The notes under the pieces were generated by a model. The model ran no database searches. It saw only the letters and a list, made by a program, of their open reading frames with translations, and was not told where the DNA came from. Positions 48,132 through 60,530 of a stretch of DNA of 64,000 nucleotides are shown one piece after another. Source of the stretch: Macrostomum lignano (lineage: Eukaryota); NCBI GenBank assembly GCA_002269645.1, contig NIVC01004021.1, positions 1 through 64,000 of the forward strand. The letters run 5' to 3'. How positions within the stretch are numbered: the stretch's first letter is position 1; each line of letters begins with the position of its first letter. Made by a program: the position numbers and the translations under genes.

Positions 48132-51100
48132 ATGAACCCAGCTGGCGTTCAAATCTCTGCGGAATGCCTGCCAGAGTACACCGTTGAACGAATCAATCCT
48201 GACGGCTCCGAGGTGCACGAGAAGCCGCCAACCGCTTCCGAGGCGTTCTGCCAGCTGGTTAGCAAGATCAAGTTCCAACAATGGGACGAGGATCTTGAAG
48301 AGTTTGTTAGCGAAGTGGAGCCGACTATTGGCTCAGCCGATGAGCAGCTCGATGACTCAAATTTATCGACTGGGGGAGGGCAGCAGCAGGCTGCAAGCTT
48401 GGGACCAGCTAATGCAGAGTCTGCGTCCTACTGGCAGAATGTAAGATTTACTAATTAGAGCTTTGAGTCCGAGTGTTGCAGAGGATTTGGTTCGGCTAGT
48501 AGTCTCTAGATATGAGATTTGGTTCCGCTAGTAGCCTCTAGATATGAGATTTGGTTCCGCTAGTAGCCTCTAGATATGAGATTTGGTTCAGCTAGTAAGC
48601 TCTAGATTTGGTTCCGCTATTAAGCTCTAGATATGAGATTTGGTTCAGCTAGTAAGCTCTAGATTTGGTTCCGCTATTAAGCTCTAGATATGAGATTTGG
48701 TTCAGCTAGTAAGCTCTAGATATGAGATTTGGTTCAGCTAGTAAGCTCTAGATTTGGTTCCGCTATTAAGCTCTAGATATGAGATTTGGTTCAGCTAGTA
48801 AGCTCTAGATATGAGATTTGGTTCAGCTAGTAAGCTCTAGATTTGGTTCCGCTATTAAGCTCTAGATATGAGATTTGGTTCAGCTAGTAAGCTCTAGATA
48901 TGAGATTTGGTTCAGCTAGTAAGCTCTAGATTTGGTTCCGCTATTAAGCTCTAGATATGAGATTTGTTTCAGCTAGTAAGCTCTAGATATGAGATTTGGT
49001 TCCGCTAGTAAGCTCTAGATGAGATTTGATTCCGCTAGTAGCCTCTAGATATAAGATTTGGTTCCGCTAGTAAGCTCTAGATGAGATTTGATTCCGCTAG
49101 TAGCCTCTAGATATAAGATTTGGTTCCGCTAGTAGCCTCTAGATATGAGATTTGGTTCCGCTTTGCTAGTAGCCCAGAAACTAAATAGTTCGTCACACAA
49201 TTAGCTTAGATCAGATTTATGAGGCTTACAAAAATTTCCAAATTCTACCTCCAGATTCGCTTGTCGATAGCGGCGGCTCTTGACGAGACCACTGCGCTGA
49301 TGGACCTGTTGATTGCGCTGCGTCAACGGCCGCAGGCGCTTACCTTAGAGCCGATGCAGCGCGACGTTGAGAAGTACGAACAACGAATCCAGCTAGTTGT
49401 TCAAGGCAAGAAAAAGTGCGTACAAGCGGCCGCCGAGGTTCTAGAAAAAGGCCGGGGCAGCAATCAAATGCTGCAGCAGGAGGTTATTGGCAACTTCGAG
49501 TTGCAACAGATCGCTCAGTGCTGGAAGCTGCGCCGCGTCGCCAACACCATTAGCGGCGACCTATCGCTGCGCTCGGCCGGCAGCCGCTATCCGGACAGTG
49601 GCGGATTCGAGCTGCGGACCGCCAAAGATAGCAGCTTCGAAGTGCTATTGCCGGGGCACCTGTATGGTCAGGCTTGTGTGCAGGTGAGATTTTGCTTTGT
49701 ACCTGCCTGCGAAGGTCATAGATAATCCTCTTCTAGCTCATCGCGACTCATTTATTGAATAATGGAAGGACATGGTCCTACTGTACACTCCGATCGCCCA
49801 GTAGTGTGTGCTAGACTATGGTTGCCCACCAAGGCGCCAGGAAATCTATGCAATCCAATTATCTGCACCCGCAGGTGACACTGCGAACGTCGTCTGGCGA
49901 GTCGCTATTTCCGCAGCCGGCTGCAACCGAGCTGCCGCGAGTCAGCCTGTGCAATAGTCAGCGCCTCTTGCTAGCCCAAGAGCTGTACAACACCATCTGC
50001 TGCGAGTGCGTCCAGGCTGGTATTCGCGCCGGACCAGACGCTGTGGAGCTGCCGTTGGCGCCTGGACTGTGCGCCAATGTCAGTCTGTACAAAGTTGTTG
50101 GACCCGAGATACAGCAGCAGGAGCAGTCCGCCGGGATGGTAAGATTGCTGCGTCTATAAGACCTTCCTCAGGCTGTGCATCCGCTTTCCCAGATCCCCAG
50201 GCTGTGCATCCGCTTTCCCAGATCCCCAGGCTGTGCATCCGCTTTCCCAGATCCCCAGGCTGTGCATCCGCTTTCCCAGATCCCCAGGCTGTGCATCCGC
50301 TTTCCCAGATCCCCAGGCTGTGCATCCGCTTTCCCAGATCCCCAGGCTGTGCATCCGCTTTCCCAGATCCCCAGGCTGTGCATCCGCTTTCCCAGATCCC
50401 CAGGCTGTGCATCCGCTTTCCCAGATCCCCAGGCTGTGCATCCGCTTTCCCAGATCCCAGGCTGTGCATCCGCTTTCCCAGATCCCCAGGCTGTGCATCC
50501 GCTTTCCCAGATCCCCAGGCTGTGCATCCGCTTTCCCAGATCCCAGGCTGTGCATCCGCTTTCTTTTCTCAGATCCTTAGGCTGTATATCCGCTTTCCCA
50601 GATCTTTTATCTGGACTGCCTTCCCAGATCCTTTGATTTTGGGCAGCGATCTTTCTCTTTCCAAATTTACAGATAAGGCCACCCACCAACTATCTCAATC
50701 GTACTCACTGTGTATTCATAGCTGTTGCTTGTTCTACTCACCGACCAGAGCTCGAAGCCTTCATCCCAGCAGCAGCAGCAGCAAGCACAACGCTTGCCCC
50801 GGCCAAACTATCTAAGCAACGCGCTCGAATGCCTGCTACTAAAGCGGCACCAACAGGCCCGTCCGGAGCCCGGCCCGTTCCCCAGCTGCGCTCCGGCCGG
50901 ACTGTCCGAGCGGCGCCGCGAGGCCGGCCCGTTCTCCCGGCCGGTGCCGGAGCCAGAGACCGGCCTGCTTGACCGGCTGGCCGCCATCTGCCGGCACTCG
51001 GCGCTCTATCGCGAAGTTGCCAACCTGCTGGAGGCCTGGCCGTTGGCGGAGCCTCGCCTAGTCTGGCACTGGCAGACCGGGTCGTCAACATCCGCCCACG

Positions 51101-52064
51101 TAGCTGTAGAATTTGTTCGTCGAAGCTACGATCTGTTGCGCAGCCGGGCGCTTATTAGCATCGGCGATAGGAAGGTTTGTCTGCGTTATTGATTAATTCA
51201 TTGCCTATTCGCAGCTTACTACTGAAAGTAGCGAGTAGGGCTTGTTGGCAATTGTCAAATTCACATTTCCAATTAAATTTCACAACCCACAATTACACCC
51301 GGCCTCACAATCCCTAAGTTTCGCATCTCCAAAATCCCAGATTTAGTAGCCCCCAATTGGGCCGTTTTATCTTTGTGCATGTGCGTGTATTCAGAACTGT
51401 GCAAATAGTTGCACGATCGATAATTTTAGGCCTCTCCTTGCGCGTCTCCTAATTATAGCCTGACTCTCGCCCCCGTCAACCATCTTCCGACTTTTTACGA
51501 GCGTAAACGTCACTGTCCGTCTGTTGCTAAATTTAGCTTCTGCTAAGTGACAGTTCTGTCTTCATTATTTGTCCGACTAGCTTGTCCGACTAGCAATTGG
51601 ACAACTGGCTACCTTAGTTATGAGGTCAGGAATTAACGATGGTTCAAAATGGCTATACAAAATCAGGCTGGACACCCCCCTCCTCGCCGCAGGCTGTTCT
51701 GCTCACCACCTGCGGTCAGCGAGTCGCTGCCCGCTTAGGCGACGTTAAACGGCTCCTGCAGCCCTGCCTGCTGCGCGAGGCCGATCGGCACCTCCTGCTG
51801 TGCGTGCACTCCGCCTCCACCAGTCTCGGCTGGCACCTGCTGGCGAACAGCTCCGATCCGGCCGCTAGCCTGCTCCGCTCCCCTGACGGCCAGTGCTCTC
51901 TGCTAGTGCAGCTGGATTCTAATAGGAAATTTGTTGTCTCAGTTAATCGAGGCGGCAACGGCGACAAGTGGCGCCGGGTTCAATTGGACCGGCTGGCTGG
52001 CGCTAATGCTTTGGAGAAACTGGACCATGTCCTGGCCGCCCTGACTCCACTGTCCAATGCCTGA
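48132..52064 (+). CDS. MED17: Mediator complex subunit 17, 5 exons, about 599 aa
   Basis: Exons 48132-48440, 49255-49683, 49875-50138, 50749-51174 and 51693-52064, all phase 0. Motifs GVQISAE...DGSE, YWQN.R...ALDE, KKKCVQAAAEVL and WKLRRVANTISGDLSLRSAGS match my recollection of metazoan MED17. Confidence 0.9.
48495..49165. repeat. Minisatellite (TAGATATGAGATTTGGTTC(C/A)GCTAGTAAGCTC, 25-32 nt variants) in MED17 intron 1
   Basis: Tandem periodicity with alternating long and short units. Confidence 0.95.
50169..50630. repeat. 29-bp minisatellite GGCTGTGCATCCGCTTTCCCAGATCCCCA in MED17 intron 3
   Basis: About 14-15 copies; source of six overlapping spurious ORFs. Confidence 0.97.
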
Positions 52065-53396
52065 GTGCAAGCAGTTTAAGTCCAACAGAGACAAACTTAA
52101 ATTGCTCGCGTGCATTTCTCAATTTACATTTGCTGGTCCTATCAAGCCGTAGAAATCAGGGTTATATCGTCTAAAAACAATCAAATGTGCTATGTTCAAA
52201 TAATTTGGTCCATTTGTCAACTCGAATATTTTCGAGTGTTCATTAGCACAAATTCGACTCAAAAACATTTCCCGTCAAAATGCCAAGCTATGATTAGGTG
52301 TACGAGCTAGAATAGACTAGCAATCTTCACTCCCCGTTGGGGAGGCTACAGAAAAAGGAATAAAAAGTTCTGAATAAACTACATGTGCATAGCATAGCTA
52401 TTGACCTTGTACTGCCACTATTGCCAGTTTTCTTGTAGAAATCGATGTTTAAAACAAAAAAGCATCAGAGCCTCGACTTAAGCCATGGCTAAACCCTAAC
52501 TCTTACTATCCCTTTGATGTCTGGCCTACCAACCACTCTCAATTGATCCTTTGCATCTTAGCAAGCCCCATAAGCCACAGCATTTCAAGCTACTCTCCCC
52601 ATGAGTCTTGACATCTCAGAAACTCCCTTTATGAGCCTTGACATCTCGATCTCAGAAACTCCCTTTATGAGCCTTGACATCCATGAATAATGCTAGTGCA
52701 TATTCATCGTGTACCGGATGCCCTCTGCACATTGTGTGAAAAATTGCACATCGGGTGTATATATATAAACGTTTTTGTACTGCCTTGCTAGTTGCATAAA
52801 TTTCAGTCACTTTATTCACGCTCGTATGGCTTTCTTATTTATTTCATATGGAGCTTCCTATTCAAATTAGTAGTTCAGCTGTATGTAACTAATGAGTATC
52901 ACTAGCCTAGTAGGTTAGCTCATTCACCACCAGCGCTGCAAGTTAAGCAGAACTGGCCGCGGTTAGTACAAAACTCGCCCTGCTGAGAGTAAGATCTGAG
53001 CTGTGATATATATAGTAGTGATATATATAGATATATATAGAAATAGTTTTATTTTCTATAACAAATGAAGCTTGATCATTGCAGCTTCCTTATACCAAAA
53101 AATATTTGATTCAATTCGCGAGCTTTCATCGAGGAAAAAAAGACATAATATCCCAATCGAGAGTTTTATGCCAAAGCAGTTCGGACAGCAAACTAAATTT
53201 GCTTCTCATTGTTGCACCAAAGAAAAACAATGACGTCACCTTTGCCAGTCCGATTCACTCTGGAATTATCCACACTGAGCGCCTTGGTGGCACTGCCTAT
53301 CGGTAGCGTGCTTAAAAGTACATGCGATTCCTCCGACCCGGACAGTCCCGACTCGCCGGACGCGGACTGTCGGCCCGGATACCAGGTGACAGCTAG

Positions 53397-56300
53397 GAGA
53401 AGCAGCCGTCTGGCATTGACTTTGAACTATTGCCCGTGCCGACTGCGTGCACTGCCTCCAGCTCGGTGCAGCATCAGTTTGGGCTTCATCATCATCATCG
53501 AGCTGAGCCGTTGCGGCCAGCATCTGTAAATTCGCAGATGCAGCAGTGCCAACGGCAATCTACCGGTCCGTTTGTTATTAAAATGATGCCCTACAACAGA
53601 GCGATGCCGCGTGTATTTACTGCCGGTGAGTCTTTTGAGCTTAAAATGTGTTTATATCTTTAAAATAGCTGTAAAAGCTGGAAGATTTCGGTGGTGCTTA
53701 AACTTATTTTCCAGTACAACTTGTTAGTCATTTAAAGGCCTGGGGGCGCACTGGGGTCACCATCACAAGACCCGAAAAATCACAACTCCTAAAACCCATA
53801 TTAGCGTTGGGCGTTGCTAGGCTACCACTTTCGGAGTTATGATTGTAGGATGATGGAAAGCGCTTTTCAGAGTTGTGATTTTTCGGGTTTGTGATGTCTG
53901 CTGACCCCACGCCCTGGCACACTTTAAGCGACATTGTCACAAACCGGCGAGAGGCATTACAGCTCATTCCGCCGACTCCTCTGAGCAGAGACATAAGCGC
54001 GGCGCGCGGATGCATACAACAATCTTACGCGCAGGCACACACTCACCATACATGCCCAACTTCGAAATTTCATCCGGCCGTGCGACTCACTTTTTGACCA
54101 AAAATGCGACTTACCTATGAAACCCTAAAGCAATAATTAACGTAAATTTGGGTAAACAGCAGGAGTAACTATAACTATTATTCAGGTTAATTCCTCATCA
54201 TCTAATTAGTACTACGTCTGAATTTTTTATGTTGGCGTTTTTGCGACTTACCTTGGCCAGACCTCACCACCCGGTCGAATCGGCCAGGTGTTGGGCATGT
54301 ATGACACTCACACAGCTAGGAGTGTTTAGCGGTCTTAAAAACTTTATCTATTCATCTTTTTTAGGCTAAGGCACGCGCATTTACTATGCTTTGTGGGTTT
54401 GGCCTCAAGGGCGTTAATTACACAAGCAGAGCCAAGCCGAGATTCCAATGTAGCCCGAAATTCATGCGACTGCAATTGAGCACATACACCAGGCTACGGC
54501 TCTCCATTTAAAGGCCAATTATTAGTGAAACAAAATAAATGTACACAGGTTACAAATCAGACTTATTTGAACAGAAAAATACAAGCACACACTTCAGCTC
54601 TTCAGCGTACACTGTTAGAAATTGTGTGCCTAGAGGGGTGGGGCGGGGCGCTTCTCGCTCTCCAACCCGCCCCAATTTCGTCCAATCGCAGTCATGGGGA
54701 GTGATCGGCCATAGATAAGAACTAATTAAAAATATCAACTAGAATGGTTATAGTGGGTGGGGGGACGGAATGCATACAATAAATCCAGGCTCTTCTAATC
54801 TAAGCCTTGTTATTATCTAGCGTGTACGTAAATTTATTTTTGAAATAATTATATTTAGCCACGCCTTGCGATCGATTTTTACTAACCAAATTGCGGCCCG
54901 TTGCAATCAGTGGTTTGGTTGTTGTATTTCTGTCTTCATTTATTCGCACATCTCAAAAGCATGTCAATGTACAAGGCGCAGCGTCTGTTAGCTGAAACCA
55001 TGCGCAATCGAAGGAAGCAGCAACGCGAACAACAAGAACAACAGCAACAACCGGACGACTTCGTCGCGTCGAACATTCGCAGCTTTGCTGATAAAAGCTA
55101 TCAGAATTTCCGCCAGCAACGTCGCATTAGTCAGTCGGTCAATCAAAAAGATTCTCAGCAGCAAATCAACGGGAAACGTCGACAGCAGCCTGTTAGAGAG
55201 CCGCTAAGGCAGTGCTCCAACAATAGCCAGCAACAGTCGCTGCGCCGCTCTGTTTGTCAGAAAGCTACAGGTAATAAGAATGACAACACATGCAAGTCCG
55301 ATGTTAAAGTCGCTGAGGCCGACTCCACATCTACGGTGGAGGTTGCACCAGCTGAGCCAAGCAGGCTGCCCTGCTTGGATCGATCAGCGACTCTGCCAGC
55401 TGACGTGCCAGACGCTGATCAACGAGGCCACTGCACCATGGTAACTGCCTACGCTAAGGACATCTTTGTGTACCTGGCTGAACGGGAATTAGCTTACACC
55501 TTGCCGAATAATCTACTGTCTGGACACGCCGAGATTACTGAACGATCTCGCGCTGTCCTAGTCGATTGGCTGCTTCAATTGAGTGGCAGATTTGAGCTTC
55601 AATCGGACACTTTCCACCTGTCCGTACGCCTGCTAGACCACTACCTGGCTGTTGATTCGTGTTTAGCCAAGCACCAGTTGCAGTCGCTGGGCGCTGCTGC
55701 GCTCTGGCTGGCCTCCAAGCTCGAAGAGGTCTACTGCATCAGCCTTGGCGACTTGCTGCACGTCTGCGCCGGCGCCTGTGGCCGGCGCGATCTTCTGACT
55801 ATGGAGACTCGCCTGGTTGGCGCGCTTGATTTTCACCTGCTTCCTCCGCTGCCAATTACCTTTCTGCGCCGACTGTCCAAGGTAGCAGGCGTCGATAATC
55901 GGCTGCACTTTATTGCTAAATACCTGCTGGAGCTGGCCACGCTCAGCACCGAGCTGTGCTGCCTGCCGGCCAGTCGGCTGGCCGCCGGCGCTCTAAGAGT
56001 TTCGCTTGGCTCAGAATTGCGAGATTGGTCCAAACAGCTGGCCTTCTACTCTGGCTACTCAGCTGAGTCACTGCGCTTAGTCTGCGCCAGCCTGGCTCGC
56101 GCCGTGCTCAGAGCCGCGGCTGGTGGCGCCGAGTCGCGGCACCAGCATCCCCATCAGGATCATCATCATCAGCACCGATTCGTGTACCAAAAGTATCGCA
56201 GCGCCAATTATCTGTCGGTGGCTGCCTGTTCTCAGTTCCAGCCGGACTCGAGCTATTTGGCTGGCCTGATTGCCGACTGCGATGCCGGCTGACCGAAATC

Positions 56301-58137
56301 AGGCTATTATTGTATTTATCACAGTCATTTTTAGTAGCAATATATAATCCATAATAAGAGACAGCGGTTATCCTATACAGGCCATATTATATAGACTCAA
56401 AAATCTGCCTAGAAAAGACTGAGACAATTTCTACTATTTGGTCGCCGATCCTAAGATATTTGTATTGTATAGAAGGAAATTTTTACTTTCTTTTGGTATA
56501 TTCCAAGTTCGCAGCTCTCCATTTATTTACTTCGTTTTATTTATTGTAGCTTAATTTTCCTAGTTTGATTCTGCTCAAATTATTATACAGGTGCGAAAAT
56601 GGAACGAGTGTTTTAATGATATTTCAAGTGTGCATGCAGTTATTGATTGTTTAATGCCATGTCTAAGGCGCCGCAGGTAGATGCACAGGTTGTGATGCAA
56701 TCTTTGCGCTAATAAGCATACTAATGATCTACATGTAAGCCTTTAAATTTGATCCATTGTCTGAATATTGTCCCCACTGTACCCAGAATTCCTAGTAACT
56801 TATTTTTGGTCATTTTATAAAATATAATTTTTACTCCCTCGTGCTAACTGGTGTCGCCTTCATTTGTATCGCTGCTATGGAAACTATTAATCATGTTTTA
56901 TTTCATGTTATTTAATGCCTACACCTAAAGTGCCACACAAACTTTACCAGGAGCTTTAGGTTAGGTTTAGGGTTAGGGTGGCAGTTCAATCTGTAGCATT
57001 CAATTGCCGTAGGCCCAACATGACCGATAAAGAACTTTCCCTAGACTTTCAGTAGACAATTGTATAATATGAAGTTCTCACGAATCTTACCTACCTGCGT
57101 TTTTACATACGTATGTTTAGTAAGACAAATATGAGCCGTTTAAGAGCTGAGCATCTGTTGAATTTCACTTACTAGTGGTACATCACGAAAACACCGGGAC
57201 GTCTTTTTAGGCGTTTGCGAAATTTCGGTCTGTGGACTGTGAAACCTAAAAGTAGAAAAAATGATTTCGTAACTTAAAAATAGCTGGTCATTTTCAATCT
57301 GACTACTAACCAGCAGAGGCTCTTGGAAATGCCGGACAAGCTCCCCGGGTTTGTTCTAATTTTGTTTGCACAGTCGCGGCCAATGATGTAGATATACTTT
57401 TTGTACAGACTATAAAACAGTTGCTTAAAATTCTTTTCTCGCTACTTTTCAGTAGGCGATCTGTGTTATGATTAAACTATCTGATATTTGATTTTCCATT
57501 CAATACAGCCCCGACGCCGCCAGTTAGTGAATCGGCGTCCCTGCCGCCGCCGCCGACGCCGACGCCCCCAGCAGCTACAGAATCGTCGCTTAGCCAGCTA
57601 ACCGTCGATGGCGCCGACCAGCTGTCCGGTGAGCTCTCCTCCGACCTCATGTCGCTGCTGCCAGCCGACCTGTTCCAGCTGCCCCCGGCTTCCGACAGTG
57701 TTGACTGCGCTGCCGACCTGGCTGACATCGCCTCGCTGCTCGGCCCGCTGGACTCCTCCTCATCCCCGCCGCCGCTGCACCAGCCGCACGCGCCGTCGTC
57801 GTCTTCTTCCTCGTCGCCGCCGCCGCCACCGCCGCTGCAACTGTTTGATAATTGTCGCGGCGACTCCTCAGCCGTTGCCATGGTTCCCAGCAGGGCTAGT
57901 GTTCCTCAACTGACCAGGCACCAGCAACAGCGGAAGCAGAATCTCAAGCAATTGAAACAGCAGCAGCAGCAACTTCGGCAGCAGCCAGCAGCCAGTCGTA
58001 GGGCGCTGCGCGTCTCCGTGACTCGGCGCGGCGACGGCGCCAGTCGCAACCTCAGTGTCAGCGTTGGCGCCAGCGGCGGCTCTCCAATGTCGGCAGCCTT
58101 CGTCTCGACTGTCAGCGGCCGCCTCCGGTCGCACTGA
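53397..58137 (+). CDS. Hypothetical two-exon low-complexity protein (53397-53625 joined to 57509-58137); would contain the cyclin gene in its intron
   Basis: Strong phase-1 donor GCCG|GTGAGT at 53625 and phase-1 acceptor ttttccattcaatacag|CC at 57509. The second exon is a 629-nt GC-rich open frame rich in Pro, Ser and Gln. No recognisable domain, and the start is unresolved. Confidence 0.35.
54961..56292 (+). CDS. cycB: B-type cyclin, divergent, intronless, 443 aa from the first ATG
   Basis: D-box REPLRQCSN (RxxLxxxxN) in a Q-rich N-terminus; YAKDIFVYL; cyclin box RAVLVDWL...LQSLG...ASKLEE; PLPITFLRRLSK; AKYLLEL; FYSGYS; KYRS. The ORF track begins at a non-ATG codon at 54901. Confidence 0.9.
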   Translation: MSMYKAQRLLAETMRNRRKQQREQQEQQQQPDDFVASNIRSFADKSYQNFRQQRRISQSVNQKDSQQQINGKRRQQPVREPLRQCSNNSQQQSLRRSVCQKATGNKNDNTCKSDVKVAEADSTSTVEVAPAEPSRLPCLDRSATLPADVPDADQRGHCTMVTAYAKDIFVYLAERELAYTLPNNLLSGHAEITERSRAVLVDWLLQLSGRFELQSDTFHLSVRLLDHYLAVDSCLAKHQLQSLGAAALWLASKLEEVYCISLGDLLHVCAGACGRRDLLTMETRLVGALDFHLLPPLPITFLRRLSKVAGVDNRLHFIAKYLLELATLSTELCCLPASRLAAGALRVSLGSELRDWSKQLAFYSGYSAESLRLVCASLARAVLRAAAGGAESRHQHPHQDHHHQHRFVYQKYRSANYLSVAACSQFQPDSSYLAGLIADCDAG

Positions 58138-58309
58138 TTTCGCTTCCAGTGTCTGCCACGGTTGGTTCATGGCCCAAATATTGGGGAGAAAATTGCGATA
58201 AAATTGAATGCCCACCGTAGCTTTTTTATTTGTACTTTTCTAGCACTTGCTTTTTGTATCCGAATACAGAGGGGGTAAAAATCATATTCAAGACTGACAG
58301 CCCATGTTA

Positions 58310-58332
58310 ACGTTTGTGTCTGTCTGTCTTAG

Positions 58333-58413
<81 letters not shown>

Positions 58414-58528
58414 TTGTGTTTGTCTGTCTGTCTGCCTGTCTGTCTGTCTGTCATTCTCTGTGTGTCTGTCTGTCTTAGTGTCTGTCTGTCTATCATTCTC
58501 TGTGTGTCTTAGTGTCTGTCTGTCTTTG

Positions 58529-58583
<55 letters not shown>

Positions 58584-58755
58584 GTCTTTGTGTCTGTCTG
58601 TCTGTCATTCTCTGTGTGTCTGTCTGTCTTAGTGTCTTAGTGTCTGTCACTCTCTGTGTGTCTTAGTGTCTTAGTGTCTTAGTGTCTGTCATTCTGTGTG
58701 TCTTAGTGTCTGTCTGTCTGTCATTCTCTGTGTGTCTTAGTGTCTGTCTGTCTGT
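58310..58755. repeat. (TGTC)n microsatellite with degenerate flanks
   Basis: Long TGTC runs. Confidence 0.97.
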
Positions 58756-60234
58756 TTAAGTCAGACAATTTTTTTAATTCATTCTCAAAGTCAGCCTGGC
58801 CAAGCCAATTTCTAATAATCTAATAATCTAATAATCTATTAACGAGTCGTTTGAGTTTATGCTCGTTAGTAGAAATCCTTGTTACTGTCGCTACAGTTAA
58901 TGGTTAATATTAGTAGAGCAGCAATCAGCTGCTTGTAGCGCTGTGTTTTCCAATAGATCCTAATAATATTAATATTGGTACTAAGGTTGGTACTTTAACA
59001 TGACTTAGGTGTGTTGATTTATTGTAAATTTTCTCATTTTTCTCCTCCCAATGTCAGGCAGGTCCTTGTGCCAACTGTTCCGTCTGCGTGAACCTGAGCA
59101 CAATATGTTTGTGTTGGCCCAGCTAATCCTAAAGCTATTCACTGTTTGTTTAAAACAGTCTGACTATAGAGCCTCTTATATTTAGTTTACACTGTTTTTG
59201 CATATTTTGAGAATTGGCGTGAGTCGTGATTGGCGGGCATTTTTGCTGGACTTTAGATACTAGCTAAGGTCTCTCGTTAGGTAATTTTTTCTGGTTTCCT
59301 CGGTTGTGCCGCTCTGTCCCTATCATCTAAGCTATAGTTTAGATTTTTATTTTAAAAAGGTTTTTTTTCTAGTTGACTTTCTCTATTCGTTATTGCGCTA
59401 ATTAACCGATGTGCACTTCAACTGTTACCCCGTCAGCCCCGTGATTTTTTGCCTTGTTTTTGTGTTACTGTTTTGCTTGTTTTGTCAATCTGGCTCAGAT
59501 CTGTTCATTCGCTTCACTTTGCTGTTCTGTTTTTGCTCAAAACTCCGCCCTGCTCCCCCAGTCTGATTCCCCGTCACTCCGCCTTGTTCCCCAGTCTGAT
59601 TCCCATCTGAGTCTGCTGTTCTGTGCCACGTGTCTTAGCTACAGATTTGGTCTTTTGGCACTGCGCTCAAGTATTTGTGTGCTTGACTTTGCTATGCCGT
59701 TTTCCATAAACCAGACGCTCACTCTAAGTAGCGTAAAGCAAATATTTTCTCTATTCTTTTGGCACGTTCGAAGTTCTATTTTCCAGGTGATGTTTGCTGT
59801 TCATATATTTGAATTGTTTTGTTTAAGAAAGCAAATAGCAAAAAGTCGGAAAAAATTCTTACCGAATGTTTGTACTTTAAATATTATTTTCATGTTCCCA
59901 TTTGGCTGAATGCATCGTTGTTATTCAAGATGATCAAAAATAGCATTTATTATGATTTTTTAGCTTGCTGTTCTTTATAACTGTTTGTAATTTATCATAT
60001 CTTTACCGTGTTACTTTCAACTTCACTACGGTTTTCAGGGTCTATTATCGCTGTTAATATTTTCCATTGTATTACGAGCTCTATAAAAGGAATGTTAAAT
60101 TTTCATTAGTTTTTTATATCGGCGATTCTTGTATCTTGTATCCCTGTACAATTAAAGCCGACCCCTATCTCTATTATAATTTCTAGGTAAGTTCCCAACT
60201 AGTCATTCCTTTTCCCGATCGAAGTACACATGCC

Positions 60235-60530
60235 CTTGACAGCCCACCACCCCAATGTACACACACCCTTGGCAGCCCACCACCCCAATGTACACGCCCT
60301 TGGCAACCCACCACCCCAATGTACACACCCTTGGCAGCCCACCACCCCAATGTACACACCCTTGGCAGCCCACAACTCCAATGTACACACCCAAGGCAGC
60401 CCACCATCCCAATGTACACACGCCCTTGGCAGCCCACCACCCCAATGTACACACGCCCTTGGCAGCCCACCACCCCAATGTACACACGCCCTTGGCAGCC
60501 CACCACTTCAATGTACACACCCCCTGACAG
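60235..60530. repeat. 31-33 bp minisatellite CCTTGGCAGCCCACCACCCCAATGTACACAC
   Basis: About 9 tandem copies. Confidence 0.95.

Noticed and set aside
53386-53396. GT...AG 11-nt segment whose removal would fuse ORF 53209 to ORF 53430
   Set aside because: Far too short for a spliceosomal intron; probably coincidence or a sequence indel.
54244-54262. ACTTACCT resembling the U1 snRNA 5' end
   Set aside because: No downstream U1 stem-loops or Sm site; it is simply the complement of a splice-donor-like sequence.
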